Source of the DNA: Candidatus Eiseniibacteriota bacterium | GTDB lineage: Bacteria; Eisenbacteria; RBG-16-71-46 | Assembly: GCA_963725865.1 (NCBI GenBank) | Contig: CAVSAC010000012.1 | Location: 160,001-224,000, forward strand | Length of the DNA: 64,000 bases | Direction of reading: 5' to 3' | In this document: positions 57,401-64,000 of the stretch, one piece after another | Layout: every line of letters starts with the position of its first letter | Position numbering within the stretch: position 1 is the stretch's first letter | The notes under the pieces: generated by a model | What the model was told of the DNA's origin: nothing | The model's database searches: none | What the model saw: the letters and a program-made list of their open reading frames with translations, nothing else | Program-made: the position numbers and the translations under genes

Positions 57401-57760
57401 CAGCCCGAGGCTGTCGCACAGCGCCGCCGCGCGCGGGGGCGCGAGCGGCTCGGCGCGCTCGCGCACGCGAACCAGCGAGTCGGCGAGCGCGCTGGCGACT
57501 TCGAACTCCTGCGCGGCCAGCGCGGCCTCGAACGCGCGCTCGAGCGCGGCGCGCGCGGCGACGCGGGGAGGGGCCGCCGCGCGGGCGCGAGCGTGTACCG
57601 GCGGCGGACCGCCGGACGCCGTCGCGGCGATCGCGCGCGCCGGAGCCGTGACGGCCAGCGCGGCGGTCGCGAGCGTCGTGCCGAGCGCCGCGGCGCCCGC
57701 GAGCAGCGCGGCCAGTCGCGTGGTCGTGCCGCGGATCCGCCGGGGAGGGGCCTGCGCCAT
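54476..57760 (-). CDS. TPR-repeat CHAT (caspase-like) domain protein, probably exported
   Basis: Hydrophobic N-terminus and kinesin-light-chain-type TPRs (LGPxHP.VA..L.NLA). CHAT motifs VVPDGALH, HLATHG, VLSACET, VASLWAV.D and PFYWAPFVL. Confidence 0.92.
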   Translation of the reverse strand: MAQAPPRRIRGTTTRLAALLAGAAALGTTLATAALAVTAPARAIAATASGGPPPVHARARAAAPPRVAARAALERAFEAALAAQEFEVASALADSLVRVRERAEPLAPPRAAALCDSLGLRLFSAGTPEAMAAAEPLFRAGLARREAALGPGDPAVANSLVTLATVLDYLGRWREAVPLAERAVAIRARALGERDPQTAAALRQLGLLHFQLGALDSAAVPLERALAIYDGAGERFAARLADAHNNLGELARVRDQLDIAESHFRRGLAVAEARLAEDDPIRLALANNLAGLFKDVGRLGEAEPLLERGLALLERPGGDPDALATARLNLAEVRRLQGHAATAEPLYLQALAQARVTLGAANPGLITFLNQAAVCEQELGHFARADSLYRETGAIVEATLGPDHLLMAQHLGDRARLAMQSGDSLGADTLLARAIVLRERALGPAHPDVALLLIEQARSRAARAPDDAAARLDRALAILDSTSAYPDARLDAHAARAEGHAAHGRLDAAIADMAVALATMDSLRAWRGGGDETRAAFVAGRLDLVDRMVDWQLARGAVAAALSTHEHARARGLLDQIVASGVDLRAGIPPDVLGPLATDERAAEARLAAAHRALEDTRLDPALGARERLEALAGLAARRDSAALELGRARRRIEDASPVWRGVLSAEGRIPDAARLQREVVPRDGLLLVYHVGRAASHVFVVPPRGPVTALALALDPDAAAALGVAPGPLTDSTLERIVTGDPARDGPTVPLGIAPLLGGTAAGGFVTLPLRASAGPDSFEVRLHALWRTLVPAPLRAPLHAARTALVVPDGALHLVAFEALVARTRARGAPTRYWLDDGPAISYGPSATSLWSLARRPARALAGAGERAEVLSVSDVAYAPPPAPDAATAAPRLRAWSPLPGTALETAAIRAAFGAGRVDVLSGAAAREPAVRAALPGHRYLHLATHGFADRSGDRLAAGLVLAPPPAPGADSDDDGLLELFEIHRLALDCRLAVLSACETAKGPRLAGEGAFALSRGFLAAGARQVVASLWAVDDRPTAAVMGGLFAGIAAAEARAKPPDLARALRDAKRRVRQDPRWADPFYWAPFVLSGR

Positions 57761-57943
57761 GGGCGGGCAGGATGGACGATGCCGCCGTCCGGTGCCACAC
57801 CATTCCCGCCCCCCGAGTTGACCCATGGACGGGCCCCACGCCATCCACTAGATTCCCGCCTGCCGCGCCCCCGTCGCGGCGACGCGATCGCGCCCGGCCG
57901 CCCGATCCTCCCCAGGCGTCCATCCTCTCGAAGGAAGGTCCTC

Positions 57944-58936
57944 ATGCGCCGGTTCACGCGCCCCCCGATCTGCTTCGCGCTCCTGCTCGCTCCGGTCCTC
58001 GCGCTCGCCGCCATCGCCCCGGCGTTCGCCGCGCCGGTGGCGGTCGTCGCCGCGGTGAAGGGACGCGTCCAGGTCACGTCCCCGCAGAGCCGCGTCGCGG
58101 TGCGCGTGACGTTCGGCCGTCCGCTCGAGCGTGGCGACCGGGTGACGGTCGGCGCGGGCGGCTCGGCGACGCTGTTCTTCGACGACGGCAACGTGGTCGA
58201 GCTGTCCGAGCGCAGCTCGCTCACGATCGGCGGCCGGGTGGCGGCGAATCCCCGCGCGGCGCTGCCCGGCGAGGTGTTCGCGCAGGTGAGTCGCTTCGCC
58301 ACCGCCGGCTCGCGCGAGACCGGGCTGGTCGCGATCGCCGGCATGCGAACGGGCGAGGACGCCAGCACGCCGCTGCTGCTGGCGCCGCGGCGGACGTCGC
58401 TGCTGACCGACGCGCCGGCGCTCGCGTGGCGCGCAGTCAACGGCGCGACGCGTTACCGCGTGCGCGTGCTGGACGCCGCGGGCGCCGAGCTGTGGAGCCG
58501 CGAGGTGCCCGCGGGCGATCCCGGCACCGCACCGGCGCTCGCGTACCCCGCCGATGCTCCACGCTTGACCGCCGACCGCGACCTGCAGTGGGAGGTCGAG
58601 GCGCTCGGCGCGAGCGGCACGCTGCGGCGCGAGAGCACCACGATGCGCGTCGTGACGCCCGCGGCGGGCGCCGACGTGCGCGCGAACCTCGACCGCATCA
58701 CCGCGGGCGCGGGCGGCGCGGGGGCGCCCGCGGCCCATTTCCTCGCGGGCTCGTATCTCTCCGGATTGGGGCTCCGCCAGGACGCGGCCGAGCAGTTCCG
58801 CGCGCTCGCGACGCTGGCCCCCGAGTCGCCGGGCCCGCACGAGGCGCTCGGCCAGCTCTACCTGACGGTCGGCCTCGCGGACCTCGCGGCCGCGGAGTTC
58901 CAGCAGGCGCTGGCGCTGCAGCGCGACGCGCACTAG
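57944..58936 (+). CDS. Exported FecR-like / DUF928-like protein with C-terminal TPR
   Basis: Signal peptide ending AFA; GDRVTVGAGGSATLFF.DG...ELSERS (FecR-like); L.PR.T.LL...P.L.W..V.GA..Y.V (DUF928-like); terminal TPR. Confidence 0.7.
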   Translation: MRRFTRPPICFALLLAPVLALAAIAPAFAAPVAVVAAVKGRVQVTSPQSRVAVRVTFGRPLERGDRVTVGAGGSATLFFDDGNVVELSERSSLTIGGRVAANPRAALPGEVFAQVSRFATAGSRETGLVAIAGMRTGEDASTPLLLAPRRTSLLTDAPALAWRAVNGATRYRVRVLDAAGAELWSREVPAGDPGTAPALAYPADAPRLTADRDLQWEVEALGASGTLRRESTTMRVVTPAAGADVRANLDRITAGAGGAGAPAAHFLAGSYLSGLGLRQDAAEQFRALATLAPESPGPHEALGQLYLTVGLADLAAAEFQQALALQRDAH

Positions 58937-59039
58937 CCGGCGAGCCATGAGCGCGCGCACACGTGGTCCGCGCCGCCGTCGCGGCACCGCACGTCCGCGC
59001 CGCGCGCGCGCCGCGGCGCGCGGCTAGGAGCGCCGCGGC

Positions 59040-60935
59040 ATGGAGCGCCTGTCGCACTACGACATCGTCCGCCGCCTCGGGCAGGGCGGGATGGGCGAGG
59101 TCTACGAGGCGGTGGATCTCGACCTCGGCCGCCACGTGGCGCTGAAGTTCGTGGCACCGGCGGCGGCGGGCGACCCGGACGCCCTGCGGCGGCTCGAGCG
59201 CGAGGCGCGCGCGGCGGCCGCGCTGCACCACCCGCGCATCGCGACGCTGTTCGCGTTCGACCGCACCACCGAGCGGCCGTTCCTCGCGATGGAGCTGCTT
59301 CGCGGCCCCACGCTGCGCGATGTGCTCGCGGGCGGACCGCTGCCGGTCGACGAGGCGCTCGCGATCGCGCGCGACGTGGCGGAGGGGCTCGCGTTCGCGC
59401 ACCGGCACGGCGTCGTGCATCGCGACGTCAAGCCGGGCAACCTGATGTTCGACGAGGCCGGCGCGATCAAGATCACCGACTTCGGTCTCGCGCGCACCGC
59501 GGATGCCTCGCACCTGACCGTGACCGGCGCCTCGCTGGGCACCCCGTCCTACATGGCGCCCGAGACGCTGGGGGCGGACGCGCACGCCGAGGCGGGCGCG
59601 GCGGGCACCGTGCCGGCGGCGGCGCCGGCGGACGTGTTCGCGCTCGGCGTGACGCTGTTCGAGATGCTGGCCGGCGCGCTGCCGTTCGGCGGCGATCGTC
59701 CGCTCGCCATGATGTACGCGATCGCGAACGATCCGCCACGCCCGCTGCGTGCCGCGCGTCCCGAGGTCGCGGAAGAGGTCGAGCGGCTGGTGGGGCGGAT
59801 GCTGGCGAAGGAGCCGCACGTCCGGCCGCCCGCCGCCACCGCGATGCAGGAGCTGGCGCACCTCACCCGCTGGCCGCCGGCCGCGCCGTACGCCGTCGCC
59901 GCACGCGCCGCCGCGGCGGCGGCCGGCGCGGAGCCCACCGCCGCGACCCTGCCGCCGCGCGCGGCGCCGGTGGGCGAGGACACGCGGGCGGATACGCGCA
60001 TGGCACGGCCCGCGACCGAGGAGCTGACCGCCCAGCCGCTCGCGGGCGCCCGCGCCGTGGTCGCGGCCGGCCCGCACTCCCCGGCGCGTCGCCCGCCCAT
60101 CACGCGCCGCGGCGCCGTGCTGGGCGGACTCGCCGCGCTGCTCGTCGTGACCACGATCGTGCCGTGGTGGCGCGGCCGGCTGCTCGCCGGGCGCGAGCGC
60201 CTCGCGGTGGCGCTGGTCAACGAAGGGCACGATTCGCTGAGCGCCGGCCGGCCGGCCGCGGCCCGCTCGCGGTTCGAGGCCGCGCTGCGCCTCGCGCCGC
60301 GCTACGGCGAGGCGAAGCTCGACCTGGCGACCGTGCTCGCGCAGCAGGGCGAGCGCGACCGCGCGGCCGCGCTCGACGGCCAGGTGATCGCCGAGAATCC
60401 GCGGCGCGCGGAGCTGCGCGCGGCCGCGGAGTACGGGCTGGGCGGCATCGATCTGGAGTCGGGCGCCCTCGGCAGTGCGATCGCGCACCTCGGGCGGGCC
60501 GCGCGGCTCGACTCCGCGCGCGTCGAGTACCCGAACAACCTGGGCTATGCGCTGATCGCGGCGGGGCGCACCGACGAGGCGCTCGCGACCCTGCGCGCGG
60601 CGCGGGCGCGCTTCCCGGGCACCGCCGGCCTGCGCAAGAACGAGGCGCTCGCGTGGTTCGCCTCCGCGCGTTTCGACAGCGCCGCGGCCGCGGCGGGCGA
60701 GGCGGTCCGGCTGGCGCCCGCGCACGCCGAGGCGTGGGCGATCAAGGCGCGCAGCGAGGCGGCGCTCGGCGACCTGCGCGCGGCCGGGACCAGCCTCGCC
60801 GCGCTGCGCGGGCTGCAGCCGCCCGCGGCGCTGCTGAGCGAAGTCGAGACCGCGGTGCGCGCCGCCTCCCGTGCGGCGGGCACCCGCGTCAGCGCACCAG
60901 CGACTCGAGCGAGCGCACCAGTTCGGCCTCGGTGA
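59040..60935 (+). CDS. Membrane Ser/Thr kinase with extracytoplasmic TPR repeats
   Basis: GQGGMG, VALK, HRDVKPGN, DFG and APE; TM helix AVLGGLAALLVVTTIVPWW; TPRs. Confidence 0.92.
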   Translation: MERLSHYDIVRRLGQGGMGEVYEAVDLDLGRHVALKFVAPAAAGDPDALRRLEREARAAAALHHPRIATLFAFDRTTERPFLAMELLRGPTLRDVLAGGPLPVDEALAIARDVAEGLAFAHRHGVVHRDVKPGNLMFDEAGAIKITDFGLARTADASHLTVTGASLGTPSYMAPETLGADAHAEAGAAGTVPAAAPADVFALGVTLFEMLAGALPFGGDRPLAMMYAIANDPPRPLRAARPEVAEEVERLVGRMLAKEPHVRPPAATAMQELAHLTRWPPAAPYAVAARAAAAAAGAEPTAATLPPRAAPVGEDTRADTRMARPATEELTAQPLAGARAVVAAGPHSPARRPPITRRGAVLGGLAALLVVTTIVPWWRGRLLAGRERLAVALVNEGHDSLSAGRPAAARSRFEAALRLAPRYGEAKLDLATVLAQQGERDRAAALDGQVIAENPRRAELRAAAEYGLGGIDLESGALGSAIAHLGRAARLDSARVEYPNNLGYALIAAGRTDEALATLRAARARFPGTAGLRKNEALAWFASARFDSAAAAAGEAVRLAPAHAEAWAIKARSEAALGDLRAAGTSLAALRGLQPPAALLSEVETAVRAASRAAGTRVSAPATRASAPVRPR

Positions 60936-61878
60936 GGCGCGTGGGCGTGTAGCGGCGGACGATCCCGGCCCGATCCACGAACACGAACGTGGGCGTGCTG
61001 GAGCCGCCGTAGCGCTCCATCGACGCGGTGCTGAGCACGATCGGCACCCGGCCCATCGTCGCGTAGGCGGTGTTCCACACGCTGTCCACGCGCGCCTTCT
61101 CGCGGACCCGATCGGGCCCCTCGTCGTAGTAGCGCGTGAGCGCCACCACCTGCAGCCCATGGTCCGCGAAACGCGCGGTGGCGCGCGCGAGCGCGGCCTC
61201 CTGCGCGCGGCAGTCGCCGCAGCCCTCGGCCCACACGAACAGCAGCACCGGCCGGCCGCGCAGCGCCGCCAGCGTCGGCGGGCGCTCGCCGACGTAGTCC
61301 TCGATCGCCAGCTCGGGCGCCGCGGCTCCGGTGAGGGTCAGCAGGTCGAGCCGCTTGTTGAGCCGCGAGCGCAGCGCCACCGGGCCCGGCGTCCGGGCCA
61401 GCTCGCCGCGCACGAAGGCGGCCGCGGCGCGGGCGCCCCGCGTGCGCTCGAGCCGCTGCGCCTCGACCTCGACCGCCGCGCCCCACGCGATCTCGACGTC
61501 GTGGTCGGTCGCGAGCGTCGCCCCGCGCGCGAGGCGCTCGTCGCAGCGCGCGCGCACCTGCGCGATGTAGTCACGCGCCCGGTCGAGGTCACCCATCAGC
61601 AGCGCGCCGCGCGCGAGCCACGAGAGCCCGGTGAGCCACGCGCCGTCCTCGCCGTTGCGCTCGCGATACACCTCGAGCATGGACTCGGCGCTCGGCAGGT
61701 CGCCGGCCGAGAGCTTGTTGCGGATGCCGCTCACCGGCGAAGGCGGCGGTGCGGGCGCGGCGTGCGCGGTGTCGCGGGTCGCCGGCGTCGCGGGCGCGGC
61801 GCCCTGCGCGCGGACCGCCCGCGGCGCGCCCAGCGCGGAGCCGAGCAGCAGGAGGATCGCGAGGCTCGCCAGTCTCAT
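60889..61878 (-). CDS. Exported TlpA/ResA-like thioredoxin-fold protein with helical N-domain
   Basis: Signal peptide, APEL, LRGRPVLLFVWAEGCGDC and TPTFVFVDRAGIVR. Confidence 0.88.
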   Translation of the reverse strand: MRLASLAILLLLGSALGAPRAVRAQGAAPATPATRDTAHAAPAPPPSPVSGIRNKLSAGDLPSAESMLEVYRERNGEDGAWLTGLSWLARGALLMGDLDRARDYIAQVRARCDERLARGATLATDHDVEIAWGAAVEVEAQRLERTRGARAAAAFVRGELARTPGPVALRSRLNKRLDLLTLTGAAAPELAIEDYVGERPPTLAALRGRPVLLFVWAEGCGDCRAQEAALARATARFADHGLQVVALTRYYDEGPDRVREKARVDSVWNTAYATMGRVPIVLSTASMERYGGSSTPTFVFVDRAGIVRRYTPTRLTEAELVRSLESLVR

Positions 61879-61986
61879 GGGGTGCGCTCCCGGGTCGAAG
61901 CGGTCACGTTCGCGGGCGCCGGCGCATCCGGCCCGAGCGTTGGACCACGCCGCCGTCCGCAGGGTTGCCCGGGCGCTCGAGGGAGA

Positions 61987-64000
61987 TCAGCGGATGACGA
62001 CCATCCGGCGCCACGCCTCCGCACCCGCGGCGCGCAGGCGCACGAAGTAGAGCCCGGCGCCGAGGTCGTGCGCGGCGAGCTCCACGGCCTGGCGGCCGGG
62101 CTCGCACAGCTCGTCCGCCAGCACGCGGACCTCCCGCCCCTGCACGTCGAACACGCTCAGGCGCACGTGCGCCCGCGCCGGCAGGCTGAACCACGAACGC
62201 GCCGTGCCGCGCACCGGATTCGGCGCGATCGGCTCGAGCGCGAACGAGGTCGCGGGCGGAGCGGGGCCGGCGCCCAGCGCCCCCGCGGCGATGCTGAACC
62301 CGGCGTCGCTGATGTCGGACAGCACGGCGCCCGCCCAGTCGCGCGCGTCGACCCGCAGGCGCGCGAGACCGCTCACCGTCGGCCCGCTGACCGTCCAGTC
62401 CAGGGAGCCCGTGTCGTTCATCCCGGCCGCGAGCAGCTCCCACGGTCCGGCGGCGCCGCTGCGCGACAGGTAGACGTCGACGGACTGCAGCCCGCGCGCG
62501 GCGGAGGCGGACCACGCGAGATGGCGCTGGGTTCCGACGGCGAGCAGCTCGCCGCCGTCGGGGGCGAGCACGTGGATCGCGGCGCCCGCCGGGGCGCCGC
62601 CCGCGACGCGCGCGAGATAGCCCAGCGTCTGATCGGCGATGCCGGTGAAGCTGCCGCCCGCCAGCACCGAGCTGCCATCCCACTCCAGGGTCTGCACCAC
62701 GCTGTTGGGCTCCGGTCGCCACGGGGTCGCCTGGCCGGTGACCGGATCGAGCCCCGCGAGGCGCGATCGCAGCTGGCCGCCGATCGCCTCGAAGATCCCG
62801 CCCGCGTAAATGCTGGAGCTCCCGATCGCGATCGCCTGCACGGGCAGATCGGCCTGCGGATCCCAGTCGGTCGCCAGGCCGCTCGCGCGGTCCAGTGCGG
62901 CGATGTAGTTGCGCGGCCGCCCGCCGATGCGGATGAAGTAGCCGCCCGCGTAGACGGTGGAGCCGTTCACCGCGAGCGCGTCCACGATGCTGCCCGCGCC
63001 GGGATTCCAGTCGGTCACGGCGCCGCTGGTGGCGTCGATCGCGCCGATGCACGCGCGCGCCCGTCCGCCGAGCGTGGTGAACCAGCCGCCGGCGTACAGC
63101 GTGTTGCCGTCGAGCGCGAGCGCGAGCACGCCGCCGTCGGCTTCGGGATCCCACGCGGTGGCGGCGCCGCTGGTGGCGTCGAGCCCGGCGAGATCGCGGC
63201 GCAGTTGCCCCGCGGCGTGCCCGAAGGTCCCGCCCGCGTAGATCGTGCCGCCCTGCACGGCCAGCGCGTACACGATGCCGTCGGTGCCGGGGTTCCAGCC
63301 GGTGGCGAGGCCGTTGGAGGTCTGCAGCGCCGCGAGCGAGGCGCGGGGTTGTCCGCCGGCGCTCGTGAACTCGCCGCCCGCGACCACCGTGCCGCCGCTC
63401 ACGGCCAGCGCGCGCACGATGCCGTTCGCGCCAGGATCCCAGGCGGTCGGCGCGCCGGTCACGAGATCGATGGCGGCCAGCCGCGCGCGCGGTCGCCCGC
63501 CCACGCTCGTGAAGTCGCCGCCGATGCCGATCGTGCCGCCGGACACGACCAGCGTGCCGACGGTGTTGTTGGCACCGGGATTCCAGCCGGTCGCGAGCGC
63601 GGTCGTGGCATCCAGCGCGGCGACCCGTGCGCGCTTGGCCGCGCTGATGTTGAGGAAGTCACCGCCCACGTACACGAGCGAGCCGTCGACCGCGAGCGCT
63701 GAAACGCCCGCGTCCGCGCTCGGGTTCCACCCGGTGAGGCTGCCCGTCGCGAGGTCGAACGCGCCGGCGCGCGCGCGCGCGAGCCCGCCAAGGATCGTGA
63801 AGGTGCCGCCGACGTAGAGCGTCGATGCGCTCGACGCGAGGGCGCGCACCTGGCTGTTGCAGCCCGGATTCCACGACGTCGGCGTGCCGGTTCCGGCATC
63901 GATCGCCGCGAGGTACGGACGGAGCTGTCCGCCGACCGTGGTGAAGGTGCCGCCGGCGAACAGGGTGGAGCCGGCCTGATGCAGGGCGAGCACCGAGTTG
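61987..64000 (-). CDS. Beta-propeller repeat protein with T9SS/FlgD-like C-terminal domain (5' end outside window)
   Basis: Same LYVGGxF..WNP repeat as 44089-46533; APDGGE Ig-like domain; APNP..FDVQGREV..GLYFVRL tail. Confidence 0.88.
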   Translation of the reverse strand, partial: NSVLALHQAGSTLFAGGTFTTVGGQLRPYLAAIDAGTGTPTSWNPGCNSQVRALASSASTLYVGGTFTILGGLARARAGAFDLATGSLTGWNPSADAGVSALAVDGSLVYVGGDFLNISAAKRARVAALDATTALATGWNPGANNTVGTLVVSGGTIGIGGDFTSVGGRPRARLAAIDLVTGAPTAWDPGANGIVRALAVSGGTVVAGGEFTSAGGQPRASLAALQTSNGLATGWNPGTDGIVYALAVQGGTIYAGGTFGHAAGQLRRDLAGLDATSGAATAWDPEADGGVLALALDGNTLYAGGWFTTLGGRARACIGAIDATSGAVTDWNPGAGSIVDALAVNGSTVYAGGYFIRIGGRPRNYIAALDRASGLATDWDPQADLPVQAIAIGSSSIYAGGIFEAIGGQLRSRLAGLDPVTGQATPWRPEPNSVVQTLEWDGSSVLAGGSFTGIADQTLGYLARVAGGAPAGAAIHVLAPDGGELLAVGTQRHLAWSASAARGLQSVDVYLSRSGAAGPWELLAAGMNDTGSLDWTVSGPTVSGLARLRVDARDWAGAVLSDISDAGFSIAAGALGAGPAPPATSFALEPIAPNPVRGTARSWFSLPARAHVRLSVFDVQGREVRVLADELCEPGRQAVELAAHDLGAGLYFVRLRAAGAEAWRRMVVIR

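Noticed and set aside
54476..57760. CHAT protein as a CRISPR-associated (Craspase) or defence effector
   Set aside because: No cas or gasdermin-like genes are nearby, and it appears to carry an export signal.

Overview
A very GC-rich bacterial chromosomal window, densely coding, with about 42 genes. I saw no rRNA, tRNA or CRISPR array. The gene repertoire suggests Candidatus Eisenbacteria or a related FCB-group lineage; this is an inference from multiple Hanks kinases, secreted repeat proteins ending in a T9SS/FlgD-like C-terminal domain, and a C-terminal SWGxLKxRYR tag. In order, the window holds: mgtE (5'-truncated) and kdpD-kdpE; a monoheme DUF3365-like cytochrome; a TolC-MFP-RND-PII-like-DUF2892 operon divergent from an ECF sigma factor with a fused zinc anti-sigma domain; a Tat-signal small protein plus an amidase; a Met-rich lipoprotein; a 14-repeat FG-GAP protein; a heavily frameshifted stretch (membrane protein and HNH nuclease); three tandem Ser/Thr kinases; a large secreted protein; a MoaD/ThiS-like ubiquitin-fold protein plus a BNR beta-propeller; ArsR-SRPBCC-SnoaL with a clear operator; an HtrA-like protease; a beta-helix protein; PilT coupled to a DUF4388-fused degenerate PilT paralog; a swivel-first aconitase-family fusion; beta-propeller surface proteins; a deleted tricorn protease remnant; an MFS transporter; a dienelactone hydrolase; an exported TPR-CHAT protease divergent from a FecR/DUF928-like protein and a membrane kinase-TPR; and a TlpA-like thioredoxin. 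Several single-base frameshifts suggest long-read consensus errors. All domain names come from motif recognition by eye, not from database searches.
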